A DNA stretch of 63,744 nucleotides, filler included, from Choristocarpus tenellus KU-1152 (taxonomy: Eukaryota > Protista > Phaeophyceae), in assembly GCA_964200185.2 (NCBI GenBank). It is 15 parts of 15 records of this genome, joined end to end, with 100 filler letters (N's around TTAATTAATTAA, not from the genome) between each part and the next. Parts side by side here need not be neighbours in the genome. Positions count along the whole stretch, not along the records: positions 10,188 to 13,082 come from CAXNAD020023834.1; positions 13,183 to 16,171 come from CAXNAD020023111.1; positions 16,272 to 21,730 come from CAXNAD020010719.1; positions 21,831 to 24,992 come from CAXNAD020021856.1; positions 25,093 to 29,722 come from CAXNAD020013722.1; 10 more parts are not named here. The stretch is one strand, 5' to 3'. Numbering within the stretch: position 1 is the stretch's first letter; the number at the start of each line of letters is the position of its first letter. Made by a program: the position numbers and the translations under genes. Of the stretch, positions 12,376 to 25,516 are shown one piece after another. Below the pieces are notes generated by a model. It was not told the DNA's origin, did no database searches, and saw only the letters and a program-made list of their open reading frames with translations.

Positions 12376-13182
12376 GGGTCCATGCAGTACATCTTTGGTG
12401 GGGTGGGAATGTTCTGTGAAGATGAGTGGATTAGTGTTGAGGTTTTGTACCGTGCATTTGCTACCGGAGCTTGCAATGGCATGACTCGACCGTAGTCTTC
12501 TGATAATGCGAGGACTCCAATTATAGATGGCAGTGCAGGTGTCTGATGACCCCACTTCCACAAATTAATGACTCATGCATTTAGAAGATTGAATTAGAGA
12601 AGAAGCAACGTCAAACTCATTTCACTATTTCTTTTCCACCACAAATATAACCTAAGCTAGACAGACCGTAGTTCAGGGTAATTGGGTGCAGTCGATGTCT
12701 TAGTTGTGGCTATTGGCATTTATATGTTTTAGCACTGGAGGATTGCACCTAGAAGGTAAATATGCAAAGAGACATAGGGAGAGGCTGTGATTTGCACCCT
12801 TATACTCAACCACGACAGCTGCATCTTGTGCATCATTAGGGTGAGGGTAAGGGAGCCTTTCCTTGTGAGGAAGCTGTGGAGTTACATATAGTTTGCACGT
12901 GATGTGTCCAAGGGCTTCGTTTTGTTTCATGTATATGATTCCAACGACATTTATCGGAATGTAACAGCACCTTGGTTCTGTATTTCTCGAACTTCATCCC
13001 ACTAGTGCTATGCATCCCCTCCCCCCCTCCTCCCTAGATGTCCAGATTATTGCTATGTACGCTCTGCTATTTCTCCTATGCTNNNNNNNNNNNNNNNNNN
13101 NNNNNNNNNNNNNNNNNNNNNNNNNNTTAATTAATTAANNNNNNNNNNNNNNNNNNNNNNNNNNNNNNNNNNNNNNNNNNNN

Positions 13183-13357
13183 AGAGTATCTCGCGGGGGG
13201 GAGGGGGTCTGCACCAGGGTGTCCATTTGGGTCATACCCAGGAAAAGTGCATTTACATTATCCATCCGACGTATGCAATCAAATAAACAAAAAATCGCAA
13301 GATGAAAAAATTGCCCCCAAATGGACAGCCAACACCCCCTCTCAGATACTTTGAGTC
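13183..13357 (-). mobile_element. MITE family B at contig start
   Basis: Reverse-complement match to 12197..12375; ends CAGATACTTTGAGTC. Confidence 0.85.
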
Positions 13358-13704
13358 AAATATAATATAAACCTTACTAGTGGACGGAACAACAGTCACC
13401 ACTGGGTAATGATACTGTTCTGTATCTATTTAGCAAGAGAGGGTTAGCATATGTTTTATTACCCTCTCCCCAACTGAATGAAGTGGAACCCTGATGAGGG
13501 AGTTGCGTACGGCTATGGAGAGTACACAACAATACAGGAAACACATTATGAACATAAAAAGGCAAAGAAAGTTCTACTCTGAGGCATGAACACGGCAAAC
13601 AGAACAAAAAAATAAAGGCACAAAAGAGGAAATAGGAGAGAAAGAATAGTCCAGCCTAAAGTGGGAGAAACAAAACACGGTATGAGGAATCAGGGGGGGA
13701 TAAA

Positions 13705-13962
13705 GAGCTAAAGTATCTTAGAGGGTAGAGCTGTGTCCATTTGGGGGTCAAAATCCAATGTTGCGATTCTGATGTAATTTTGGCTATCGTGTTTGTTAGG
13801 AAGTGTCAATATCCTTGTTCCAGACCAACCTTTTCATATCATTTACATTTTACCTGCTCCGAAATATTTTGTAGTAGGAAAATGTCGTAGAAGCTCCAAG
13901 GGAGGCCAAGCCCCAAATGGACAAACAGGGCAAAACCCGTACCCTCTAAGATACTTTCACTC
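13705..13962 (+). mobile_element. MITE family A, full length, TAAA direct repeat on both flanks
   Basis: TAAA|GAGCTAAAGTATCTTAGAGGGTA...TACCCTCTAAGATACTTTCACTC|TAAA. Confidence 0.9.
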
Positions 13963-16494
13963 TAAAGTCACCATCACGCAAGGGTGAAAGTCTTGGACCA
14001 GGGCAGCTTGAAGGTTCTTGGTTAGGTGATCTGCCAGCTGCTTCTTGATACTCATGGGGACAACCACAGTGGTAGCACTTGGTAGTGTCAGGATTGGGAA
14101 GGGAAGGCCAGGTGAACAGGCTGCAGGTGACGGTCATATGAGTGAAACTAGGCGACTGACAAGGAGGAGTGGGTCGTGTGAATCAACGAAGATGATGTCA
14201 GTCATGAAGACAAGGAAAGAAGGGGCGGAGATGCTGATTGGCTATTGAAGGGAATTGGGAAGTTGATCTGATGGGAGGGCTCTATTTTCCAGAATCCTTG
14301 TGTTTGAAGATGATGCGTCACATGAGTATGTTTTTGCTCTGATGATATATCAATTTAGAAGTATGTACACTAACATTGTGCTCTCTACACTGGACTGAAC
14401 CACAAGGGCAAGGGTGGCGCAATGCCTGAACACCCTGTGCACACTTACTCGAGTACATATTGATCCACTTACTCTCGTACATCTACTGGATAGAACACGG
14501 AATATAATAATACCGATGGGATAACAAGAAGTATCTAAGTATACTTGTTTTTCACCCGATACCACTACTAAGTTTGTGTTACGTGTCGGGTTATCTACTC
14601 CAAACTGTGTTCACTGCTCAACTGGTGGTGTCCATATGTGTCCCAGCACCTATTCCCAGAAGCTTATGGGAAATATGCTCCAAGAGAGGCTCAAAGGTAA
14701 TGGTGAAGATGGGACTGTCCGTACAGAGGAGCAGGGCCAGAGTCAGACGACGCAGTAGTAGTTGAAACTCGAGGGGTTGGTATGTAGAAGGTATGTTGTG
14801 CTTAGTTCAGCACAAGCTCGATGAGGGAGAGTTCGGCACTAGTGAAATCCAGATCAAAAACGTAGTTAAAGAGGATTATCTCAGCCTCCCCTCTGGTGTC
14901 ACGCAGGGGTCGGCACAACGCTGCTGTGCGTGGGTAACAGGGAGGACTGTGCCTGGGCGAAAAGAGGAGGGGAACCTCGGTCATGTAGTGTAGCCATGGG
15001 AGGAAAGAAACTGGGTGGGGATGTGCTAAGTCAAACCTATATAGACTGTGCCATGGAAAATAATAATCTCTCAGTTTGTGGTACCCACATAGAGGCTCCA
15101 GCAGTGCCAGGAGAGAAGGCACAGGAGGCGAGAGTGTGGTCTGTGCCCGAGGAAAGAGATCAGGAGAAGCTCAAGTAGGCCACAGCCACAGTGCTCCAAC
15201 AGCAACAGATGGAAAGGCATAAAGGGGCTGTGCCCACGGGTAGAAGGGTGGACTATGCAAGGGGGGATCTGGACCTGTAGCAAAATCCAACGATTGAGCT
15301 AAACATACATTGTACATAGGTGTAGAGACGGTGCATACCTTTGACGTTCAAATGGGCAAACAGGGAATCTCAACAATAAACAATAAAGGAACCGTCAGAA
15401 GCGAGGGAACCCGTCAGACAGCATAAAATGTAACCAAATAACTTTTGGGTCAACCATTCCCCCCAATATGATTAGCTAGAAAATGTTGGACTGGATGTAG
15501 AAAGGAAGGGGAGTGTGTTGATACAAATATCCACCGCTTCACATCTAGTGACATAGTTACTAATACCTTCCTTAATCATGATGCTAGTATTACTATCTGG
15601 TCTTTGGAATAAAAATATACAGCTTGAGTCTACCTAGCCACGATCGATCGTCAGAGGTGCGACGCACTGCACTACCACTTCTCAACAACAATGAACACAC
15701 TGTTGTTGCACTACAACCAAGTGTCATGTCCTGTGTATAACATGCTTTTTTTGCGTTTTTGGGTTCAGCCGTCTTACTACTTGCTGCTCGCCCCCTTCCC
15801 TCAAATATTGTGTAGTATTGTCACCTAGCTGCAATGACGCTTTGCCGCTACAGTTCAGAATTTCCGCATTCTACCTGTGGCGGTTAGGCAGCACACACAC
15901 AGGAGGAGAGGTGCACGGTTCGCTGTACTACTTGACACGTGATTTATCGAGATTGAATACCCTTGGAAAACAATGGATGATCTAGAGTTTTTTTTTACTT
16001 TTGACAAAAGCTGGTAGGTGGTATAGGGGCATGGGTTGACCCTGTGTTTGGTTCTTGTTTGCGCAGTTTTGTGGTGGTGTTGATGTGTACGGATGGGTGA
16101 ATAGTTGCCTTACCCCACAAGTGGGGACAAAAATCAAGCGAAACTCCTTCAGGGGCCAACCCACGGTTTATNNNNNNNNNNNNNNNNNNNNNNNNNNNNN
16201 NNNNNNNNNNNNNNNTTAATTAATTAANNNNNNNNNNNNNNNNNNNNNNNNNNNNNNNNNNNNNNNNNNNNGTTGGATTTGAGATGTACATCCTGGATAG
16301 GTGAGCATTGAGGGGCGCCTGTAACACTTTAGCCATTACAAAACAGGAGCGAGTGAAACCGTCTAAATGGGTAGTTAATTTGTGCCCTTTAGAGTTGAAG
16401 ACCTTTCTTGGAATGCAGGTAACCTCGCTCCAGAGGGTGTGGCTGTGGAAGACGATATCAGTTGTGAATGCAATGTTAGTAGAAAACTCCCTCT

Positions 16495-16767
16495 GAGTGA
16501 AAGTATCTTAGAGGGTACGAGTTTTGCCCTGTTTGTCCATTTGGGGCTTGACTTCCGACGGTCTTTTTTTACATTTGATCTACTCCGAAACATTTTGGAG
16601 TAGGTAAAATGTGTACGTTATGAAAAGGTGTGTTTGGAACAAGGATATATTGACACTTCATAACAAACACGATAGCCAAAATTACATCAAAATCGCAACA
16701 TTGGATTTTAGCCCCAAATGGACGCGGCTCTACCCTCTAAGATACTTCGACTTAGATACTTTGACTT
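16495..16767 (-). mobile_element. MITE family A, full length, with duplicated terminal 14 bp
   Basis: GAGTGAAAGTATCTTAGAGGGTA...AGATACTTCGACTT-AGATACTTTGACTT, flanked by TCT on both sides. Confidence 0.88.
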
Positions 16768-16989
16768 TCTATGGTATTCAAAATAGATACATGACAGAGC
16801 TCGGGGGTCCTAAAAAATCAGCGAAAGGCACCCTCCTCCTAGATGGTATCACTGAACAACAGGATAGAAAAGGTAAATACCTTGTAACAGCTCCTTCACG
16901 ACTGTTACAAACAGGTCCAACATAGTACATATGAGTAAAATTCGTGGTGTAGCTCCTGCTTGCGTTGATCGGGTAGTATACCACGTTAT

Positions 16990-18500
16990 GTTTTACCATC
17001 CAATTTGACCGCTCATGATAATATTTTCATCCCATGTGGGTGGAGTGAGGTAACAGGGAGAGCTAATGACTCGTTACTTTCTCACGAACATCATATATTG
17101 AGAGGATGCAAGCTCAGTTGGTTTTATCCTGACTTTGCAAATTTCCAGTGGAGCATGCATAATTGTTTGCATCTTTCTGGGCTTACTATGAGAGCTTGTT
17201 CTCTGGGGAAAGAAAGACTTCCGTGTGATCTTCCTTTTGAAAGGTTGGTTTGTCATTTTCAACATATCTCGCCAAAAAATCACTTTTCTGCCCATAGAGG
17301 GGAAGGGTGGGGTGAGTGATTCAGTTGCTCTTGTACGTTGTGAATCTCATAATGTGCACCGTTTGGGGGATGTGGAAAGACATTCCTTGGATTTGCTGAA
17401 TTACGCATGTTTGGTTTAATGTTTTCTTGCCTAGAATTGTTGGTTGTGTTTGTCATCAATGTTCATTTCACAGTCATAGCTCATGCCATTTGTATCTCTG
17501 GAGGTGGGAGGCACAGCATGTGGTTTCTGGCGTCTCTCTGGTCTTGCTAAGGGGATGGGTGAGGAAGGATCTGTGACTTGACCTTCTCTTTTTGGAAAGG
17601 ATATTGACTTATTTTTCAATTTATCTCTTGATATTTTGGTCGCTTGTCTACCTAGATGTGGAGGGTGGGGATGAGCCACTTGGTCTCCATTGGTCACTTG
17701 ACAGGACTTCTACTGACTCAATATTTGTGCTTATCTTCTTACTAGCAGAAAGTTATATTCTTCATTAATACTCAGTTCGTAGGGGAGTGTTGCCATCTTG
17801 CTGTGGTATATTTGTGTAGAGAATAGGAGAGGAAGGGAGAAGGGCACCCTGGGGAAGCCACTGAGGTATTTGAGTGTGCGAGGGTCTCTCCTATGAGCTG
17901 AGCAATATTCTTAATTGCTATTGAACGTTGTGCATCTCACGAGGTATACAACTTGTGGGGGGGGAGGGACCTCCAGGTGTTTTGCTTCAGCATTCATCTG
18001 GGCGTGGCGTTTTGTTGTCAAGAAGGGTTAAGTTCGCTTGTTGTCGATGTTCCATATTCGAGTCATATAGAAGGTGGCAATTCGCATCACCAAAAGACTG
18101 GGGAGGAGGGTCCATGCACTTGAAGCGAGCGAGTAACTCTTTCTGACTCGCATCGACTCACGTGTATATGATGTAAGTAGCTCTATTTCAACATCTGGAA
18201 TTTTTGAGAGGTACATTGTTGGATTCACAAAGATTCTATATTCTCAAAGATTGTTGAAACTAAAACTGTTTATCCCTAACCCTATCAGAGTTGATGTTCT
18301 GACTGGATTTGAAATAATCTGTATCGTCTGATCCCTTATCCACAAATGCTCAGAAGTACTGCATGTCAAAACAGCACATCGAAGACGTAGCAGGCTCTTG
18401 CTTGCCTTGACTTGGGCTTACGAGGGCATTCCCAAATCCATCACGTTGTTTCATTTACAGATTAGACAAGACTTTCGTGACAAAACCTTGTCCAGAAAAT
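16990..18500 (-). mobile_element. Possible heavily decayed Ty1/copia pol relic
   Basis: Weak fragments only: NINSDR (integrase-like SDxG), LPxxFxDA-like text near 18100, and SIYDVREKVT (RNase H-like YHxVREKV) near 17090. Many stops. Confidence 0.25.
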
Positions 18501-20419
18501 GGGAATCAAGTTGGCTCTGGTTGGCAATTGGGTAGTCTGTACGTATGGCCTAATCTTGCCTTCACCCATTCCCTCCAATTCACCGAGATTATCCTATGGA
18601 AGTCTTGTTGGAGGTAGGGGGCTACGCTACCGAGATCACGGTCTCGGTGGAGGAAGGGCAATAACGCGGGCTGTGGTAATGAGTGTGGAAGTGGCTCAAC
18701 AAATTGATACGCGACGGGAGGCAACCAAAGCGGCACTGCTGGGGGTATTCGGCGAGGTGAGGGTGCTGTGGCCTGGGTCGTGGTGGCAAGGTTGCACTGC
18801 AATCAATGCGTGAATTGACCGGTAAGGGTCGGTGCTTAATGGAACACGATCCGCCCCACCTGTGCATCTTGGAATATTGCTCAATAAATGCAAGCGAATA
18901 TCCAGGGACGCCTGACTCCCAACCTCTCACAACATATTGTAGCAAAATTGCTAGATTCGAGTGCTGGAATGATTAAATGAATTGTACTTTGTACCCCCTA
19001 GTGCCCCCTCACCGGGAAAAAACGACTTAATTTAATCAAGGGGAGTAGAATAGGAGGACCTATTTCTAGTTAGACTTGCTGCAACTTTACACCCAACAAC
19101 ACTATTGATGGTTGGTGTTCCCGCCAAGGAATGGTGTTGTTTAAGTACCAGCACAAGTCCAGAATTTAGGTCAACTATTCTTCAAGAGACCGTATTCCTT
19201 CGACCTCGCATATTTCGCTAATCTATTCTACATTATCTCATTGACATGGAACTTTCCAGAACTGGGAGATGGGATTCGTCAATGACGTTCTCAACCTGAA
19301 ATGGATGACACTATTCGCAGTACTCAGACTCCACTGCACGTAAAACGAAATTGAGATTCGATCTCTCTTGCAAACATTGGTCAAACATTGGGACCAATTA
19401 ATGTTGAAATCAAGACAGACAAGGGTTATGGGTCGCTTACCTACGTTGGAGTAGGCATCAGTAGCATCTTCTGGTGGCAGAAAAAGGGTATGCCTACTAG
19501 TGGGCGATATTTTGTGTGGCATTTAAGTCCTTTCCAAGTTTGAAGGGTACGGAAAATATGTTCATATTACAAAACAAACCATGAGACAAATTATGTTGAG
19601 CTAATGGGACTCTTTCATTTTACAAGAACAACACTGAAAATAATGTGACAATGTTACCTTTTTGAACGTGCATTTCCTTTTTTCAAATTGTTCACTTTCC
19701 TCTTATTCTACATCTTTTATTTTTTTCACATGCCATCTCCTTTCCATGCATTTGACCAAATCACACTATAGTCAGGTGTCTAAAAGATTCAACTAAATAC
19801 TTCTTGTGGTATACCTTATACCCAGCTTTTGAAACTCCCAATGATTGCTGATAGAAGCACATGTATTGTCCATTACTTTTTGCTTATTCGGTGTTGAATC
19901 TATCATAGATCGCACCCAGCAGTATCACAAGGGTCCTGTGGGACCCTCCGTTGTTGGTAGGAACTGACCCAATTACATTGTGTCCCTCCACCATGGAGTG
20001 ATGCCTTTAGAATCAGCTCAGTACCCGAGTTTGGAATGTATACACCACCGGTGGCGAAGCGTTTACCACTGTACACGATTCTCTCAGAAGGAGCTCTATT
20101 TTTGATGTGTGTATACTACATACCATATTTGTAGACTGTAGTTGTGACAGTTGCGTTGAAATGCACGTTTTGCAGAGGCACAGAGCACAGCAATATACTC
20201 CTGGGGGCAGTTGGGTTTTGAGGGGGTTCAATGTTAGGGTTATACTTGAGTTTATAGATTGCTTTGGGGTCAGGATTATGGTTTGAGTTCAAAGCTAGGG
20301 TTAAGGTAATATATACGTACATATTATGTTTAGGAGTTTTTTTTTTAATGTGTGGTTACGTTTATCTTTGAGTTCAGGGTTAGCATTAGAGTATACCACC
20401 TAGTATTTGAGCATATAAT

Positions 20420-20480
20420 GGTTAGGGTTAGGGTTGGGTTTTGGGTTAGGAACAGTCTTTTCGTGCAAGGGTTAGGGTTG
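20420..20480 (+). repeat. Degenerate interstitial TTAGGG repeats
   Basis: GGTTAGGGTTAGGGTTGGG...GGGTTAGGGTT. Confidence 0.6.
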
Positions 20481-20706
20481 TGCGATCGGGTGCAAAGGCT
20501 TGCGTAGTAGAGAGGTGAGTGATGGAACTATCTAAACGTCTTGAGAAAAATGTGCAAAAAAAATAAATAAAGAACGAGAAAGAATAAAGTACACGAGGTA
20601 ATGTTTTTACTTGAATGTGGTACTTTGCAGTAGAGTCTGGTCGGTTCTTGTTAGTTGGGCTCCTTGTTCAACACTGACAATGGTTTAATGCATGCTTTCT
20701 TTGCAG

Positions 20707-21045
20707 AAGAGTCGAGGTCTCACAAACAATACGCCTGATAACAAATTCGAACGCCTTCCTGATCTCTACGACTGACTGTGTCTGTGATGATAGCATGCCC
20801 GCCCGTGTAAGCTCCCCATTCAGTGAGGTTGTAGGTGTGAGGTTCTTGTGTTCTGAAGCGCGGTGGTTGGTTTAATTGGTTTAAAGGGGATATCGAGTGG
20901 AGCTGATTGGTTGACTGCTGTTGTGAACGGTAAACTCCTGTCTTCTATTTTTGTAAAAACTTTGTATCTTTGAGCTGACCAGGACAAACCTTGTGCGCTT
21001 CCCCCATCTTAGAGACAATTAGCTTCCATCACCTTACAACCCCCC

Positions 21046-21079
<34 letters not shown>

Positions 21080-21610
21080 AGACACATGCTTCGAGTGGGG
21101 TTAAAGAGCCTCCGTTGGACCCCCAGGTCTCTTCTTCTGAAGTGTCATTGAATGAGTGAGTTGAAACTGAAGTGAAACTGCCTCTTTTTTCATTGGTCTG
21201 CTGTAGTGCTGTGCCGATGGAGGTGTGGATGGAACCTGCTGAGCTTCTGGGTTGTTTTCCATCACCTTCAAGCTCGGTTTTCCACTTCCAAACCGAAAAG
21301 GCGTGAGGGGCATAGTGAATTGCGTATTGCGGAGGCGTTGTTATGTCTTTGCCTTACGGTAGGGGAAAGTGTTCATCCTTTAGTATCGCTTTGTTATATG
21401 TATGTATGTACATATTACTATTATTATTATTATTATTTGTATATCTTCAATATTTTGTATTTTGAGTAAGGTTTAGGATTAGGGTTATTGTTGGAACAGC
21501 TCAGAAAGAAAAAGAAAGGTGGAACACAGAACTGTTCCCAATCGTTCAGGAGCTGATGCCGACGATCTGCATGAAAAGCGTTATATTCCTCGATTCTAAT
21601 GACTACAGGG
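20707..21610 (+). CDS. Partial multi-exon gene, unknown function
   Basis: Phase-compatible exons 20707..20806, ~21082..21155 and ~21207..21300, plus a further open exon from ~21500 (QKEKERWNTELFPIVQELMPTICMKSVIFLDSNDYR). No recognisable domain. Confidence 0.45.
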
Positions 21611-21830
21611 CCGGGCCGCCCAGCACAGCACAGCACAGCACATGGTTTCAAGGGGGGAGGATTTTTTTTTTTTTTGAATCGGTGAGAAAATTGGCTTAAA
21701 AAAAATGAAAATAAAAGAGTGGGGGTGATTNNNNNNNNNNNNNNNNNNNNNNNNNNNNNNNNNNNNNNNNNNNNTTAATTAATTAANNNNNNNNNNNNNN
21801 NNNNNNNNNNNNNNNNNNNNNNNNNNNNNN

Positions 21831-22035
21831 GGGGGGGGGAGTGGCGGCTGACCGTTTGGGATCAATCTTTTCACGTCGTGATTTTTTTTGTGTGATTTGG
21901 TTGCATAAGTCGAATGAATCATTTAAGTGCACTTTTCCTTGGTGTATGGCCCAGATGGACGCCGTGGTGTAGACCGCCTCCCCTCCCCTCCCCTTCCCTC
22001 CCCTCCCCTCCCCTTCCCTCCCCTCCCAGATATAT
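21831..22035 (+). mobile_element. MITE family B copy with expanded CCCCT tract
   Basis: GTGGCGGCTG...TGATTTGGTTGCATA...TGCACTTTTCC...ATGGAC...CCCTCCCAGATA matches family B. Confidence 0.75.
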
Positions 22036-23205
22036 TTTGGGTCTTTTTTTTTTGTTGTTGTTTCAGTAGGAATATGATTCTTTTTTTGTTTTGTTTGTTC
22101 GAATCTTGCGGCAGTTGGATTCATTCTTCCTTGAAGGATAGGGCCAACAAATGAATCTTTGATTCATTCGATCCGGGGGCGACTGCGGTACTGTGGGGTA
22201 GGGAGAGAACAAGTCGATGAGAACTAGAAGTCGGCGAACAAGTCGATGTATTCCCGGAAGCGAGGTAGAGGGTTTGGCGTTTGACGTATGCTCTTGCACC
22301 TCGCTTCTCTTTTTTTTTTTTTTTACAGAATCCTTAAAAAATATATATTATTGTCATCATTTTTATTATGATTATGATTATTATTCCGAAATCTCTCTTC
22401 TTTCCGATGTTTTGAAAATAACCCGTTCCTATAAAAAAAAAGAGTTGTGCTTGTGAGTACATTTTTTTTCTTGTTTGTAATTTTTTTTTGCATGAGTTAA
22501 AAAAAAAAAAGTTGGAATGAATTTCTTGTCTAAGAAGTGAACGATGGTGCTCTCTTAGCATGTAAGACGAAAGACTATGCTCTTACCACACGCAAATTTC
22601 AGACAAATGCATGATTATGCCAAAATCTAACACGACTGACTGATTTTGTTTGAGAGCATACAGACCCTTCTAATACATTTTCTTACCACTATTTTAACCG
22701 TGTTTGTTATATACCGACATACCATTATATATGGACATAGTGATTTTCCTTCTCCACATGTAATTTTATGGGTTTCAATATATATATATATATATATATG
22801 TGTGTATATATATCATGGAATATATTCTTACCCAAAGTTTTGGATTGTTTCTCACCTCATCCAACTTGTCTGATGATCATTCAATAATTGCCCTTTTGGT
22901 CCCTATAGAGTTCCCGGTTGGTACCCCTTGAGAACCTCAGACACAGTCCAAAGTCCTGGACTAATAATAGTCCACAATAGTTAGTCATCAACCTGGTAAC
23001 TAGTTCCCTCCCCCCCCCCCCCCCCCCACCCCCCCCCACCCTCCACCCCCCCCGCCCCCGCNNNNNNNNNNAACCTCCAAAACAGTCCAAAGTCCCTGAC
23101 TAATAATAACCCCCAAAAGTTAGTCATCAACCTGGTAACTAGTTCCCCCCCCCCCCCCCCCCCTCCTTCCGTGTGTCAAATGCCCGTCGCCTTGTGAATG
23201 AATAG

Positions 23206-24910
23206 ACCCACGAGGCATGTATAGAAAGGGGGGCTTACCCTTCTCCTTTGAATTACTACACCTTTCCAAAGAGTGTATGTACCTCTGTGAATGAGAGCAT
23301 TTGCCATGGGATTCCAGACACTAGGGAGCTGGAGGATGGAGACATTGTAAATGTTGATGTCACGGCTTACTTGGGAGGTTACCACGGAGATCTCAATGAG
23401 GTGAATGACGTTGTTGTGCTATTGGATGGCGTTGTGTTCTGCTTTTTTTTTAAGGAGTCAGTGCGTTTTTTTTGGGGGTGTGTGTGTGTTTGTGAGTTCG
23501 TTGTGTTTTGTTTTGTGTGTAGATAGATGGGTTCTGAAATCTTTTGGATTTGAATCCTGTTTTGGGACTTTTTTTGAAATTGAGATGGTTTTGACCAGGT
23601 GTGAACCATGACAGTTTGACAGTTGAGAAGTTGAAACACACATTTCCGGACTATTGTTGTGTTTAAATAATTTTTGAATCATTTGATTGAACAAATCTTA
23701 TCTACGTGTATATATGTATGTGTGTATGTATGTATGTATGTATGTACCTTGTGTTGTTATTAAGATGAGTGCCTAAAATAGGCACTGTTGTTAATGAATA
23801 CAAGTTGGGTGTAGTGATGTAGTATGATCCTCATTTTTTTAAATCTTCTTTTCTCTTTTATTATTTTATTATTTTTCAGGTTGCCCTGGACTTCACGTGT
23901 GCGTTTGTCTTTGTTCCCGGTGTATAATGATACAACTCTTTTTTCTTTTCTGTAGACGCACGATGGTGTAGAACCCCCAGACTAGATCGTGGTGGGTAGC
24001 TGGCACGTCTGGAAGAACTGGCTCTATCTTTTTTTTTAAAGGGACCCCCGAATGAGGTCATTGGGGTGAGGTAGGTGACTTGTGGTGTCTGTGGCAGAAT
24101 TGAGCTGGTGTCATCCCCCCAATTTCTCAACAAGATATGCAGAATAATAATAGAGCCAGTGGGAGAACAGTTTTGTTACTGTTGATATATTACCTGTGTG
24201 GATTTCGTGGGTTCCAAGCTGTTGGGTTCCATGTATGTGTCTTTTGTACAAATCTGACCAATAGGGAGGAAGAATAGAACCTTATCCTTGTTTTTTTTTA
24301 CTGCCCGCATTGCAGGAAGGTGTTGGCACTAGAATAGTGCATGCATTAATGTTGTCATCTTGAGTATGTAATTGTCTTGAATACTTAGGGTTAGGGCATA
24401 CGTGTATGCGTACATATTTTTTAATGTATGTATTAACACAGTATACGAATTGCTTTTAGTTTGGTCACCATTTTTTTTTAATCAACAGTGATGCCACTAC
24501 GGAAGGAGCAGTTTCAGCCTTAACCTTAGCAGCAAAACATCATAATATCAAAGTATCATACGTGTATACATACACATACACGAGTGTGTTTGTATCGATA
24601 TGTTCTTTTGTACTCTGTGTCCATGGCTGCCAAACCTCTTTTTCCACAACACAACCCTAACCCTAACCCTAACCCTAACTAACCCACAATTTGAAGGACT
24701 TAATTGCACTGAATCGAAAAACTTGTTGAAATCGAAAACTGTCTCTCTTACGCTATGGCCAGACGTTTCTGATGGGGAATGTAGATAAGGAAGGCGTTGC
24801 CTTGGTCGAGACGGCTTTCATGTGTTTGCAGGAGGCGGTGGCGATGGTGAAGCCTGGCACCATGTACAGGGAACTTGGCAATTGTATTGGAAAAGTGGCT
24901 AGGGAGAGAG
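23206..24910 (+). CDS. METAP1: Methionine aminopeptidase type 1, partial (exons 23206..23400, 24763..24910)
   Basis: [73 protein letters not shown]...[11 protein letters not shown]. Canonical MetAP1 metal-binding motifs and a phase-0 GT-AG join. Confidence 0.96.
24653..24680 (-). repeat. Interstitial telomere-type (CCCTAA)4 in a MetAP intron
   Basis: AACCCTAACCCTAACCCTAACCCTAAC. Confidence 0.8.
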
Positions 24911-25516
24911 GTGCGTGGTTGGGTGGGTGGGTGGGTGGGTGATCAGGGGTTTGGTATTGTCTTGGTTGCGTTTGGGTCAAAGTATCTGGGGGNNNNNNNN
25001 NNNNNNNNNNNNNNNNNNNNNNNNNNNNNNNNNNNNTTAATTAATTAANNNNNNNNNNNNNNNNNNNNNNNNNNNNNNNNNNNNNNNNNNNNGGGGGAGG
25101 GGGAGAGAGGTTTCAATGGGAGAGCACGCTGAATGTGGCGACAGCAGTCACACCAAACAGCTTTTTCATTTCATCAAGAAAAAAAAAAAGCGATGGTACA
25201 TTTTGCACATACACATGCCAAATAAAAAGAGCCGGTACAGAGCGGAAGAGGGGACCAGAACCTTACCAGTAAGAAAAAAAAAGAGGTGTGAACTCAGGTA
25301 CGTTTTTTTTTTTCCGTCTTTTTCCTCGCCGTAAGTACTTGTACGGAGGACGAAACTCTCGGGAAGGGGTTTAGGCTGCTCCAGAGCAGGTGGTACGCAT
25401 CAGGCATATTTCGTTCCGGTAAACTCCCCAATATATACCCTCGCTGGCAAGTAGAGACAGACGTCGAGGAACCTACAGTGCATTTAGTTTGGAAGACGCA
25501 TCCTTCCCCTCCTCAC

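Noticed and set aside
14560-15340. Exon-like minus-strand segments with splice signals
   Set aside because: I could not assemble a stop-free, phase-consistent model or recognise a domain.
21040-21080. Long poly-C/G tracts (also near 2430, 29660, 43850 and 57270) as functional G-quadruplexes
   Set aside because: Ubiquitous and mostly at contig ends, where length and accuracy are unreliable; no specific evidence of function.
22935-23165. Direct repeat of ~90 bp around a 10-N gap (23062..23071)
   Set aside because: Both copies run into poly-C and flank a scaffold gap; most likely an unmerged low-quality overlap.
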